Source: Bacteroidota bacterium (lineage in GTDB: Bacteria; Bacteroidota; Bacteroidia; Bacteroidales; GCA-2711565). From it: a stretch of DNA of 64,000 nucleotides. A program made the translations under genes and the position numbers. The notes below the pieces were generated by a model. That model was not told the DNA's origin and searched no databases. It worked only from the letters and a program-made list of their open reading frames with translations. Numbering within the stretch: position 1 is the first letter of the stretch; every line of letters starts with the position of its first letter. The stretch is from positions 13,971 through 77,970 of the forward strand of contig PIVJ01000002.1 of the NCBI GenBank assembly GCA_003353955.1, given 5' to 3'. Below are positions 1 through 9,861 of this stretch, in pieces.

Positions 1-251
1 AGTTTAAGTATAATTTTAGCAAACAATTTCATGCGATTATAATTTATTTATCTGTTATATGGAACTTTTCCCGATAAATCGGGATTCGTTTCATTTTACT
101 TTGTAAAAGTGAGATGTAAATATACATAATTAATATTGCGATAAGCACAAACGCCTTTGTAAAAAAACAGAGGTCACAAAGTAAAATATACCAAGCGTGG
201 AATATGCTAGAGGAACCCCAACTTCATTTATCAATATTTTGCATATTTAGT

Positions 252-1988
252 TTAAAATTCAATTTCTAAATTCAATTGCTCTTTTAAATCTTTCAGATCG
301 GGATTTCTTTTTTTCATTTCTTCAAATTTTTCCTGATCAGTATATGCCCCATTGCTTTCTTCCTTCTCGGTCATTATTGGGACTAATGACAATTCAGAGT
401 TTTGAAGATATTCTTTTAAATATGCCTGTACATTATTAATATTTATTTTGTCGTTGGCAACAATTTTGTTATCGATTTTAAATTCAATTTTAAAATCCTC
501 TTTCAACTCAGGTTTATATTTCGAAAGCGCGCTCGCGAAGCTAGGCAACTTTTCAGAAATCGAATTAAAATAGTCCGTCCAATGCAATTCTAAATCCTCT
601 TGATTAAAATCTAAGTTCTTAATTGGTTTTGGCGGTTTATTCGATTCATTTCTATTTTCTTCCTCATCTGACTTACGAATATTCCTTTTAATTGAAATTG
701 ATCCCGGAATTTTTGGTAACGGGGTTTTTTCCATGGGCTTATCAGAGACGATTGGTTTTTCTGGCTGCTTTTCTTCACTAATTACAGGCTCAGGTTTTTT
801 ATGTTCCTTTATCTCAGTTACTACTGGCTTTGGTTTTTGTAATTCAGTTTTCTTTTGTGGAGGAGCAATCGGTACATTCGTATTAACTTCTTTTTTCTCT
901 CTCAACGAACATAATTGCATGAGAGCTAGTTCAACATGCAAACGCTTATTATTGCTGGTTTTATATTCAATGTCACACCGACTTGTAATTTCAAGAGATC
1001 TTATGAGAAACATAACTTCACAAAGAGCTGATTGATCTGCATATCGGTTTCTGATGGTATCTCCTACTTCTAATAATGAAAGCGTTTCCTGGTCTTTACA
1101 CACTAATAAATTCCGAAGATGTTCAGCTAAACCGATAATAAAATGCTGACCTTCAAAACCATTTTCAATAATCGTATTAAAAATAAGAAGGGATTGGGTA
1201 ATGTTTTTATTCAAAATGGAGTCAACTATTTTAAAGTAAAAATCGTAATCAAGTACATTCAAATTTTCAATAACATTCTTATAGGTGATATTTGCTCCCG
1301 AAAAACTTACGATTTGGTCAAAGATAGACAGCGCATCACGCAAAGCTCCATCTGCTTTTTGTGCAATAATATGCATTGCGTCTGTCTCTGCTTCTACATT
1401 TTCTTTTTCGGCAACAAAAGATAAATGCTTAGCGATATCGTCAATACCGATTCGTTTAAAATCAAAAATTTGACAACGTGATAATATGGTGGGAATAATT
1501 TTATGTTTTTCAGTGGTAGCAAGGATAAATTTAGCGTATGCCGGTGGCTCTTCCAACGTTTTAAGAAAGGCATTAAAAGCACTTGCCGACAACATGTGAA
1601 CCTCATCAATAATGTATACTTTATATTTCCCAACCTGTGGAGGAATCCGAACCTGATCAACCAGGCTACGAATATCGTCGACTGAATTGTTGGAAGCTGC
1701 ATCCAATTCATGAATATTGAAGGACGCAGCATTGTTGAAAGAAGTACAAGACTCACACTCATCGCATGCCTCAATATTATCCGTCAAATTTTCACAATTT
1801 ATTGTCTTTGCAAGTATTCGGGCACAAGTTGTTTTACCAACACCCCTTGGCCCACAAAATAAAAATGCCTGAGCGAGGTGGTTATTTTTGATCGCATTTT
1901 TAAGGGTAGAAGTAATAGATTTCTGACCGACAACAGTGTCGAAGGTAACAGGTCTATATTTTCGTGCTGAAACAACAAAGTTCTCCAT
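252..1988 (-). CDS. dnaX: DNA polymerase III subunit gamma/tau
   Basis: 578-aa ORF. Clamp-loader AAA+ module with Walker A GPRGVGKTT, Zn module CDECESC and SRC motif (ILSRCQ), then a Lys/Pro/Glu-rich linker and a tau-like C-terminus. Confidence 0.95.
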   Translation of the reverse strand: MENFVVSARKYRPVTFDTVVGQKSITSTLKNAIKNNHLAQAFLFCGPRGVGKTTCARILAKTINCENLTDNIEACDECESCTSFNNAASFNIHELDAASNNSVDDIRSLVDQVRIPPQVGKYKVYIIDEVHMLSASAFNAFLKTLEEPPAYAKFILATTEKHKIIPTILSRCQIFDFKRIGIDDIAKHLSFVAEKENVEAETDAMHIIAQKADGALRDALSIFDQIVSFSGANITYKNVIENLNVLDYDFYFKIVDSILNKNITQSLLIFNTIIENGFEGQHFIIGLAEHLRNLLVCKDQETLSLLEVGDTIRNRYADQSALCEVMFLIRSLEITSRCDIEYKTSNNKRLHVELALMQLCSLREKKEVNTNVPIAPPQKKTELQKPKPVVTEIKEHKKPEPVISEEKQPEKPIVSDKPMEKTPLPKIPGSISIKRNIRKSDEEENRNESNKPPKPIKNLDFNQEDLELHWTDYFNSISEKLPSFASALSKYKPELKEDFKIEFKIDNKIVANDKININNVQAYLKEYLQNSELSLVPIMTEKEESNGAYTDQEKFEEMKKRNPDLKDLKEQLNLEIEF

Positions 1989-2234
1989 CTTCTTTCAATT
2001 AACAAATAGTATTGTTCAAAATTAAAAAAAAAATGACTTCTGTTACTTCCATTATTTTTATTTGCCCCTTCAAATTCAGATAATACAATATAGCCTTATC
2101 TTTCTTCTATAAATATATATCTTTACAGTCAGAGGGCAACTCAATTATTTTTTTCATGTAGTCTGTATGTTTACAAGAAAAAACATCTCTGTTTGTTTAA
2201 AGGATATTAAAATAATTACACAACAAGAAGATTT

Positions 2235-3539
2235 ATGATTCTGGTTTATACTGCAATTTCTTCTAATCGTTTAAACTACACACTGAATGTAATCTTTCGG
2301 GATATTTTATATATTGACTTTGAGCTTGTTTACGATTTAAAAGAGTTTGAGAAAAGTACCGAAGCAAAAATTAATTATTCGGAATTAAAGATGGATGATG
2401 CGATTTCCATAAATCCGTCCGGATTATTATTTGAATCAGGTGTTTTTCTACAATCTATCAATGTAAAGCAATGGCAAAACATACCCACTTTTTTTAATGG
2501 AATGAGTACTGTTGATTTTCCTTTTGATCCTTTCGCAATGATTTTTTATTTGGTTTCGAGATATGAAGAGTATTTGGAGCCAATATCCAAAGATCTGCAC
2601 GAACGATTTCCTGCCGAAGAAAGTTTAGCCTATCAGCATGGATTTCTAAATCAACCGTTGGTTAATCAACTTGCCCTAAAAATTAAGGAGAAAATCGAAC
2701 AGAAATTTCCATCAACACATTTTTCATCATCAGAATTTGAATACATTCCAACCTTTGATATTGACAGTGCATTTGCCTACTTAGGAAAAGGATTACTTAG
2801 AAACACAGCTGGGCTGATGAAATCAATTTTGAGGTTACAGTTCGGAAAAGCTCTTGAACGTTTTCATGTACTATCTGGTTTAAAACCTGATCCATACAAT
2901 ATTTTTGATTTCTTAATTGAGCACTGTTTAAGTAATAAACTTAAGCCAATCATCTTTGTCAATCTGGGTAAATATGGAAAATATGATAAAAATATTTCTT
3001 CGACTAATCCAAGACTTACAAAACTGTTAAAAAAACTCGGAAGGAAGTTTACAGTTTCAATTCATCCATCTTACAAATCGAACTCCGATATTGATATTCT
3101 CGAAAATGAGATTAGCAAATTGAAACGAATTATCAAGAAAGAGATCACACAATCGAGGCAACATTATTTAAAACTAACTCTTCCGGAGACTTACAGAAAC
3201 TTGCTTGAATTAGGAATTAAGGAAGATTATTCTCTGGGGTATGCCTCACAAGTAGGATTTAGAGCGAGTATTTGCACTCCTTTCAGATTTTATGATTTAC
3301 TGAAAGAGGAGGAAACAGATTTGACAATTTTTCCCTTTACCTTTATGGATGGAACATTTACTGATTATCTGAATCTATCTGCAACCAAATCTATGGAAAT
3401 CATTCAGGAATTAGCTGAAAATACAAAGCAAGTTGGAGGTCAGTTAATTGGCATCTGGCATAACTCAGCGATTGCTGATGAACCGAGATTGAAGGAACTT
3501 TTTGTTGATAGCTCATCATTTATTAAAGCTGATGCATGA
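2235..3539 (+). CDS. conserved Bacteroidota protein, polysaccharide-deacetylase-like (function unknown)
   Basis: 434-aa ORF. The N-terminus (MILVYTAISSNRLNYTLNVIF...) resembles, from memory, a Bacteroidota family usually named polysaccharide deacetylase family protein. Its stop overlaps the next start (ATGA). Confidence 0.45.
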   Translation: MILVYTAISSNRLNYTLNVIFRDILYIDFELVYDLKEFEKSTEAKINYSELKMDDAISINPSGLLFESGVFLQSINVKQWQNIPTFFNGMSTVDFPFDPFAMIFYLVSRYEEYLEPISKDLHERFPAEESLAYQHGFLNQPLVNQLALKIKEKIEQKFPSTHFSSSEFEYIPTFDIDSAFAYLGKGLLRNTAGLMKSILRLQFGKALERFHVLSGLKPDPYNIFDFLIEHCLSNKLKPIIFVNLGKYGKYDKNISSTNPRLTKLLKKLGRKFTVSIHPSYKSNSDIDILENEISKLKRIIKKEITQSRQHYLKLTLPETYRNLLELGIKEDYSLGYASQVGFRASICTPFRFYDLLKEEETDLTIFPFTFMDGTFTDYLNLSATKSMEIIQELAENTKQVGGQLIGIWHNSAIADEPRLKELFVDSSSFIKADA

Positions 3540-4474
3540 TAAAATACATCCAACATAACGATATCGATCTGGTAAAATGGGATGATTGTATAACACGATC
3601 TTTTAATGGAATGGTTTATGCCTTTTCCTGGTATTTAGATTCGGTTTGTAAAAGCTGGGACGCATTGGTTGAAGATGATTACGTTCGGGTTTTCCCGTTA
3701 CCTGTTAAAATAAAATTTGGATTTGATCTTATTTATCAACCCTTCTTTACACAGCAATTAGGAGTGTTTTCGCAAAAAATATTAACCGAGGAAGTTGTCA
3801 TCAATTTCCTGAATACCATACCCTCCAATTTTAAATATATTGAGATGAATTTGAATACTTTCAATAAAATTGATAGCGATAATTACCAGATTACACCGCA
3901 ACTGAATCATGAACTGGACCTGATAAATACCTACGAGAATTTGGCAAAAAAGTATTCGAAGAATTTAAAACGAAATTTAAAAAAAGCTAACGAATCACAA
4001 TTAAGTATTGTCCCGAATATTAAACCCGACGACATAATTGAATTATTCAGGAGAAATAAAGGAAAGGTAATAAAACATTTAACAGATCGTGACTATCTCA
4101 GCCTAAAAAGACTTGTTTATTCTGCGATTCATAGAGGTGTTGCTGAAGTATTAGGAGCTTACACAACTACCAATGAATTGTGTGGAGGCGTCATCTATTT
4201 TCTGGCTAATAGAAAACTAGTATTTCTATTTTCAGGATTAAATGAGAGCGGAAAACAGTTGGGTGCGATGCCAAAATTAATTGATTACATCATTCGGGAA
4301 AGAGCTACACAGCATTTGACGTTCGATTTCGAAGGCTCTAATACATCTGAACTTGCCAGATTTTATAAATCATTTGGTGCGAAAGAAGTAATTTATTCCA
4401 GATTAGTCATCAATCGATTAAGCTTACCTTTTAAATTGGCATTTAAAACATATCGGTATTTCAAGCTCAAGTAA
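3536..4474 (+). CDS. GNAT/FemAB-like acyltransferase-fold protein (function unknown)
   Basis: 312-aa ORF translationally coupled to the upstream ORF by a 4-nt ATGA overlap. Size and C-terminal pattern (FDFEGSN...LARFYKSFGA) resemble FemAB/BioF2-like GNAT proteins. Family assignment is tentative. Confidence 0.4.
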   Translation: MIKYIQHNDIDLVKWDDCITRSFNGMVYAFSWYLDSVCKSWDALVEDDYVRVFPLPVKIKFGFDLIYQPFFTQQLGVFSQKILTEEVVINFLNTIPSNFKYIEMNLNTFNKIDSDNYQITPQLNHELDLINTYENLAKKYSKNLKRNLKKANESQLSIVPNIKPDDIIELFRRNKGKVIKHLTDRDYLSLKRLVYSAIHRGVAEVLGAYTTTNELCGGVIYFLANRKLVFLFSGLNESGKQLGAMPKLIDYIIRERATQHLTFDFEGSNTSELARFYKSFGAKEVIYSRLVINRLSLPFKLAFKTYRYFKLK

Positions 4475-4511
4475 CAGTTAAATCATCCTGACTTCATAAA
4501 TGTCTTTTTTG

Positions 4512-4519
4512 TACATTTG
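4512..4519 (+). promoter_or_regulatory. Bacteroidota-type -7 promoter box (TAnnTTTG)
   Basis: TACATTTG matches TAnnTTTG exactly, 25 nt upstream of the upp ATG. Confidence 0.35.
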
Positions 4520-4543
4520 TAACGCTTGTAAATTCTTATACAT

Positions 4544-5200
4544 ATGGTTTATACTCTTGGAAAGGAAAATAGTCTGCTGAATCAATTTTTATCTGAGTTA
4601 AGAGGTGAAAAAAATCAACTGGATTACCAACGCTTTCGTAGAAATCTGGAACGAATGGGCAAAATCTTTGCTTATGAAATTAGTAAAAAACTTAGCTGCA
4701 TTGAGAAAGGCATTACCACTACTCTTGGAGTTTCCACCGAGTATATTTTAAAAGGACACCCTGTGTTAGCTACCATTTTCAGGGCAGGATTACCGTTACC
4801 TCAAGGAATGTTAAATTATTCTGATCAAGCAGATAATGCTTTTATATCTGCTTATCGTAAATACAAAAAGAATCAACAATCTGATATTCGTATTGAATAC
4901 GCTTCTAGCCCTATACTTACAGATCGTGTATTAATAATTACGGCTGTAATGTTGGCTACAGGAGTTTCTGTTGTATTGGCATATAAGAAATTACTGAATA
5001 AAGGAAAACCAAAGCACACATACATAGTTGCGGCTTTGGCAAGTGCTGAAGGAATTGAATTTCTAAAGAAAAACCTACCTTCATCCAAAATAACTACTTG
5101 GTTGGGAGCAGTTGATGATGAATTGACAGCACAATCTTATATTATACCCGGATTAGGGGATGCTGGAGATTTAGCTTATGGTAAAAAAAATGATGTATAA
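4544..5200 (+). CDS. upp: uracil phosphoribosyltransferase
   Basis: 218-aa ORF of typical UPRT length with the C-terminal IIPGLGDAGDLAYG motif. Confidence 0.9.
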   Translation: MVYTLGKENSLLNQFLSELRGEKNQLDYQRFRRNLERMGKIFAYEISKKLSCIEKGITTTLGVSTEYILKGHPVLATIFRAGLPLPQGMLNYSDQADNAFISAYRKYKKNQQSDIRIEYASSPILTDRVLIITAVMLATGVSVVLAYKKLLNKGKPKHTYIVAALASAEGIEFLKKNLPSSKITTWLGAVDDELTAQSYIIPGLGDAGDLAYGKKNDV

Positions 5201-5204
5201 TTAA

Positions 5205-6455
5205 ATGATTATGAAGACTCAATTATTAATTGAAAACATTAGAATCTCGCTAGAATCAATACGATCACATTCGTTAAGGAGTATTCTTACTATATTGATT
5301 ATTGCCTTTGGAATTATGGCTTTGGTCGGTATTTTAACAGCCATTGATTCGATCAAATACTCATTAACTGAAAATTTCGCTATGATGGGTTCGAACTCTT
5401 TTACAATCCGAAACCGTGAATTGGGTATACATATTGGTGGGAGTGGGGGCCAACGCAACGAAAGATTCAACCCTATTACAATTCTTGAAGCAAATGCGTT
5501 TAAGGATGAGTTTGAATTTCCTGCCACAGTTTCAGTTTACACCATCGGTACGGGTTTAGGTACATTGAAATTCGAATCAGAAAAAACCGATCCCAATGTA
5601 GAAGTTATAGGTTCTGACGAAAACTATTTGGTTACCTCAGGCTTAGAGATTGAGAAAGGAAGAAATTTTAATGCGAATGAAGTTCATTTTGGTGCTAATG
5701 TAGTCTTATTAGGGAGTGAAGCCGCATCTCGACTATTTAAGGGCAATATTGATCCAATTGAAAAAGTTATTTCTGTTGGCGCAGGAAAATATCGTGTTAT
5801 CGGAGTCTTAAAAGAGCGAGGTTCGGAAATAGGGAGTAGTGACCGAACGGCTATTCTACCCTTGACCAATGTTCGTCAGTATTTTTCACGTGCTAATATG
5901 ACCTACTCAATAAATGTTATCACCCAAAAGCAAGAGGATATGGAACCGGCAATTGGTGAAGCCACCGGTTTGTTCAGAACCATTCGGAAAGATCAGTTGG
6001 GTGAAGATGATACTTTTGCTATTGCACAGAGTGATTCTGTTGCAACGATGTTGATAGATTTAATTAGCTATGTTACCATAGCAGCTACATTTATAGGCCT
6101 TATTACACTTATGGGAGCAGCCATTGGATTGATGAATATTATGCTTGTATCGGTCACTGAGCGAACCAGAGAAATTGGCATTCGTAAAGCTATGGGCGCA
6201 ACCAAAAAGACCATACGAAACCAATTCTTCGCTGAGGCAATTGTTATTGGTCAGTTAGGAGGAATCCTTGGAATTATCTTAGGCATCTTAATTGGAAACG
6301 TTCTGTCACTCGCTATGGAGAGTGCATTTATTATTCCCTGGTTATGGATTTTATTAGGCGTTGGACTTTGTTTTTTCGTTGCTACCGTTTCAGGAATAAT
6401 TCCGGCTAATAAAGCTGCTCGTTTAGATCCAATTGAAGCCTTGCGTTACGAATAA
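5205..6455 (+). CDS. ABC transporter permease, MacB/FtsX family
   Basis: 416 aa. N-terminal TM helix, MacB-type periplasmic domain and C-terminal FtsX 3-TM bundle ending ...[16 protein letters not shown]. Confidence 0.85.
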   Translation: MIMKTQLLIENIRISLESIRSHSLRSILTILIIAFGIMALVGILTAIDSIKYSLTENFAMMGSNSFTIRNRELGIHIGGSGGQRNERFNPITILEANAFKDEFEFPATVSVYTIGTGLGTLKFESEKTDPNVEVIGSDENYLVTSGLEIEKGRNFNANEVHFGANVVLLGSEAASRLFKGNIDPIEKVISVGAGKYRVIGVLKERGSEIGSSDRTAILPLTNVRQYFSRANMTYSINVITQKQEDMEPAIGEATGLFRTIRKDQLGEDDTFAIAQSDSVATMLIDLISYVTIAATFIGLITLMGAAIGLMNIMLVSVTERTREIGIRKAMGATKKTIRNQFFAEAIVIGQLGGILGIILGILIGNVLSLAMESAFIIPWLWILLGVGLCFFVATVSGIIPANKAARLDPIEALRYE

Positions 6456-6461
6456 GATTAA

Positions 6462-7781
6462 TTAGGCCGGTGCAATAATCTTCTTAAACCCAATTAGCTG
6501 ATCGTACAAAGTACCAGGTTCACGGTAGTAAATAAAAATAGAATATTCATTATTTGTTTCGAAATGATTTCCTTCGATGATGGAAATATCACCGGCATTT
6601 ACATCATCATCTTTAACAATGTATTGATAATTATAATATCCTTGTTTTAAAAAAAGCTGGAGTTCATATTTACTGGTTTCCGAATTGAATTGTAATTGTG
6701 AATACTCATTAAAAGCCCAGTTTGTTAAAGCTCCAATAACGTATATGTTGCTCTTAGTTAAATAATCAGGTGATTGTAAAGAAAGTTCTATCCAGGCATA
6801 ATCAGCCTCGGTTGAACTATTAATCCCGTCCTCGGTTTTAATTAATTTTCTTCCATTTATATCGTCTGAAAAACGATAATCTTTATTCCCCCTGCCTTCA
6901 TCTTCCCAAAGTAGAACATGGTAAGCATTTGAGAAATAATCGATTTCTTGAATCTGGGCTGATTTATATTTAAAGCTTTTAATATCAATTGACCTAAACT
7001 CATTTCCTCCATCAAAAATACTTTTATTATTAAAATGGTAATCTAACTCATCGCCATTATTTCTTACGGGTTTTATATCCGTAATTATATTATCGGTTCT
7101 CCCGTTTTGTTGAATAACTATTTTCAAGTTCTGCGCCGGATTCTGAATATAAGACTTCATTAAGCTTATACTAAATCCAATCTCTTGTTTATTGAATTTA
7201 TGTTTCAGAAACAAGGGCGGTTTAACAGAAGCTATAACTTCTACTTTTGGATCAATTACTTTAAATCTCCTTTTAAGAACAATCGTTGTTTCATCAAAAT
7301 CTTCGAACACAGTGATCATATAATTTCCCGATTTAGTAATTCTCAAGTAATCTGTTGGGAAGATAAGTTCATAGTGAATATAGGATGTAGTTGTATTGAG
7401 AGAAAATGCATAATTATTTACTTCATCAACCTGAAAACCATCAATATACTCCGATGGAATTAAGTCAGAAGGAACCCAATCTCCGTTGCAATGCTGGATG
7501 CGAAATTTATAACTTCTAACCATTACGTCATCCAGATCATCAAACTCAAGCTGCAATTTTTCGTCCGTATTCAATGCTATAATTGGATCCGAGAGTCCAA
7601 AGCCATACTTATAAAGTGATACTGATCTTATAGTGTTTTTATCACCTGGATAATTTACGACAGCAACATTAAAAACTGATGGAGGAAACGCGTGCAGATC
7701 TTCCGAAGTGCAAACAATAAAAAACATGATATGTATCAGTATAAAACCTTTTAACGGTTTATATAGAAAAGTATTATTCAT
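6462..7781 (-). CDS. DUF5103-like protein (type IX secretion plug-protein family, tentative)
   Basis: 439-aa secreted protein with an N-terminal hydrophobic signal. The segment YKFRIQHCNGDWVPSDLIPSEYIDGF resembles the DUF5103/T9SS plug first domain as I recall it. Confidence 0.45.
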   Translation of the reverse strand: MNNTFLYKPLKGFILIHIMFFIVCTSEDLHAFPPSVFNVAVVNYPGDKNTIRSVSLYKYGFGLSDPIIALNTDEKLQLEFDDLDDVMVRSYKFRIQHCNGDWVPSDLIPSEYIDGFQVDEVNNYAFSLNTTTSYIHYELIFPTDYLRITKSGNYMITVFEDFDETTIVLKRRFKVIDPKVEVIASVKPPLFLKHKFNKQEIGFSISLMKSYIQNPAQNLKIVIQQNGRTDNIITDIKPVRNNGDELDYHFNNKSIFDGGNEFRSIDIKSFKYKSAQIQEIDYFSNAYHVLLWEDEGRGNKDYRFSDDINGRKLIKTEDGINSSTEADYAWIELSLQSPDYLTKSNIYVIGALTNWAFNEYSQLQFNSETSKYELQLFLKQGYYNYQYIVKDDDVNAGDISIIEGNHFETNNEYSIFIYYREPGTLYDQLIGFKKIIAPA

Positions 7782-7783
7782 AG

Positions 7784-8323
7784 AAGTTGTTTAAGGTTGA
7801 CGTAATAAAATGACACAAAAAGTTATTATATTTAAGGCTTTCCAACGAATTTTGTTTGTTTCAAAACGGGTTAAAATAGCTTTAAAAGCATCTAGCCAGG
7901 CATTGGTACTCTCCAGCAAAAACCTGCATTTATAAAGCAACTCATCAAAAAGGTGCTCACTTTTGTTGCCGTTTCTTTTGTTCTTGTTAATATTATCTAT
8001 GATGTCATTTTTATAACAAAACAGGCAGATTACTGGTTTTGTGCTTTTTTAGCACAATCTCCCAATCCTTTTCCCAACTCCCATCTTTACACCGTTTCTG
8101 AAAGTGATGATAAATACTTTGCCAACGGTATCTTACACTAAAAAATTGTTTCGTGGGAAACTGCCTCCATTGACAGCCTGTTTTTAGCCGATAAAGTATC
8201 GCTTCTAGCACTTGATAAACGTTAACTTTTGTGTAGTGTTTTTTTTGAAAGAAGGGTACAACCTATTAAAAATCAGACTTTATACACCATTTTTTCTTTT
8301 CAATATTCAACTATTGACAGCTT
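7784..8323 (-). mobile_element. decayed IS5-family insertion sequence (internally deleted)
   Basis: Carries N-terminal (LEAILYRLKTGCQWRQFP) and C-terminal (ESTNAWLDAFKAILTRFETN...LLRQP*) transposase segments. Has imperfect 17-nt terminal inverted repeats (7784-7800 vs 8307-8323, 12/17) and is flanked by a direct CATAG repeat (7779-7783 and 8324-8328). Confidence 0.7.
7792..8290 (-). pseudogene. IS5-family (DDE) transposase pseudogene
   Basis: The reading frame is broken by in-frame stops near the 5' end and a frame change at ~8010. The DDE catalytic core between the DUF4096-like N-terminus and the conserved C-terminal helix is missing: ~165 codons remain, against ~260 or more expected. Confidence 0.75.
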
Positions 8324-8482
8324 CATAGATTAACTATATTTTTTTTCCGCGGTATCAAATCAATGTTCAGCTTATTTATACAAAGATAAAAATAAGGTTG
8401 TATATTTCAGTTTGTGTTACTAAAACTAAGCAAGTTGGATTTTATTTTGTAAAATTGCACTTTAAAAACTGACATTAACTAA

Positions 8483-9832
8483 ATGCCGATGATGATAAAA
8501 ATTAAAAAGGGCCTGGATATTAAATTGGTAGGAGAGGCAGAAAAAATAATCTCCAAATTAAAGCCCAATAGCTATGCCATAAAACCAACAGATTTTATTG
8601 GTGTATTTCCAAAAATGTTAGTAAAGCAAGGTGATACAGTTAAAGCTGGCTCCCCTTTGTTTTTTGATAAATACAGAGACAATATTCAGTTTACTTCCCC
8701 CATTAGTGGAAAAGTAACTGAATTAAGAAGAGGTGCAAAACGTGTTTTGCTTGAGATTAAAATTGAACCGGACGAACAGATTGTTTATGAAGATTTTGGC
8801 AAAGCAAACCCTGCTGATCAAACGAGAGAATACATCATAGAGAAATTACTTAAAAGTGGAATATGGCCATTTATTCGTCAACGCCCATACTCCGTAATTG
8901 CGAATCCGGAGAATGACCCTAAAGCCATCTTTATTTCTGCATTTGATTCTAATCCATTAGCGCCCGATTATGATTTGATGGTGCATGGAAAAGGAAAAGT
9001 TTTCCAAACCGGAATTGATGCATTAACAAAGTTGACAAGCGGGAAAATACATTTGAATGTGAATGGGAAAGACACACCTTCGGACGTATTTACAAATTCA
9101 AAGAATGTTCAAATTAATGAGTTTACAGGACCACATCCTGCTGGAAACATTGGAACCCAAATTGCACATATCGACCCAATTAACAAAGGTGATATTGTTT
9201 GGTATCTCTATCCTCAAGATGTGATCACCATTGGAAATCTTTTCTTTGAAGGGAAATTCGATACAACTCGTTTAATTGCATTTACCGGATCCGAGGTTAT
9301 CAAGCCGACCTATTTTAAAACCCAATTGGGAGCATGTATTGATTCGATGGCAGAAAACAATGTTTCGGATGTTAAAAAAAGATTTATTAGTGGAAATGTA
9401 CTTACCGGCGATAAAGTGGAAAGAGATGGTTTTGTTGGGTCTTATCATTCTCAAGTTACGGTAATTCCTGAAGGTGACACTCATGAATTTTTCGGATGGT
9501 TGATTCCAAATCCTAAAAAACATAGTTTTTATCGATCTGCTTTATCATGGCTTACACCAAATAAAAAATTCAAATTAAATACCAATTTGAATGGTGGTGG
9601 TCGTGCCTTTGTTATGACAGGCCAATTTGAGAAAGTATTTCCAATGAATATTTTTCCAATGCAATTAATAAAATCGATCATGATTGAGGACATTGATGCA
9701 ATGGAAAATCTTGGAATTTATGAAGTTGATGAAGCGGATTTCGCACTTTGTGAATACATCAGTACTTCTAAGATTAATATTCAGGAAATTGTTAGAAATG
9801 GCCTGAACTTGATGAGGAAGGAAATGAGCTAG
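8483..9832 (+). CDS. nqrA: Na+-translocating NADH:quinone oxidoreductase subunit A
   Basis: 449 aa with the typical NqrA N-terminus (IKIKKGLDIKLVGEAE); first gene of a six-gene nqr operon. Confidence 0.95.
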   Translation: MPMMIKIKKGLDIKLVGEAEKIISKLKPNSYAIKPTDFIGVFPKMLVKQGDTVKAGSPLFFDKYRDNIQFTSPISGKVTELRRGAKRVLLEIKIEPDEQIVYEDFGKANPADQTREYIIEKLLKSGIWPFIRQRPYSVIANPENDPKAIFISAFDSNPLAPDYDLMVHGKGKVFQTGIDALTKLTSGKIHLNVNGKDTPSDVFTNSKNVQINEFTGPHPAGNIGTQIAHIDPINKGDIVWYLYPQDVITIGNLFFEGKFDTTRLIAFTGSEVIKPTYFKTQLGACIDSMAENNVSDVKKRFISGNVLTGDKVERDGFVGSYHSQVTVIPEGDTHEFFGWLIPNPKKHSFYRSALSWLTPNKKFKLNTNLNGGGRAFVMTGQFEKVFPMNIFPMQLIKSIMIEDIDAMENLGIYEVDEADFALCEYISTSKINIQEIVRNGLNLMRKEMS

Positions 9833-9861
9833 AAATTAATGTTTAATCATTAAATATAATA

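Noticed and set aside
1-251. ncRNA (for example SRP RNA near dnaX) or a terminator in the leftmost 250 nt, plus a possible minus-strand gene start at ~32.
   Set aside because: Only a short TCCCGAT-AAA-TCGGGA hairpin (about 70-86) and AT-only stems are present, with nothing resembling 4.5S/SRP RNA. A gene start at 32 would leave just 10 codons in the window, so it cannot be supported.
733-2005. Six short ORFs in the track overlapping dnaX on either strand (733..1035, 1143..1424, 1285..1473, 1394..1774, 1503..1685, 1799..2005).
   Set aside because: They are shadow ORFs inside a well-supported 578-aa dnaX frame. Their composition is low-complexity and they have no recognisable motifs. The same reasoning applies to the other short antisense ORFs nested in long genes throughout the track.
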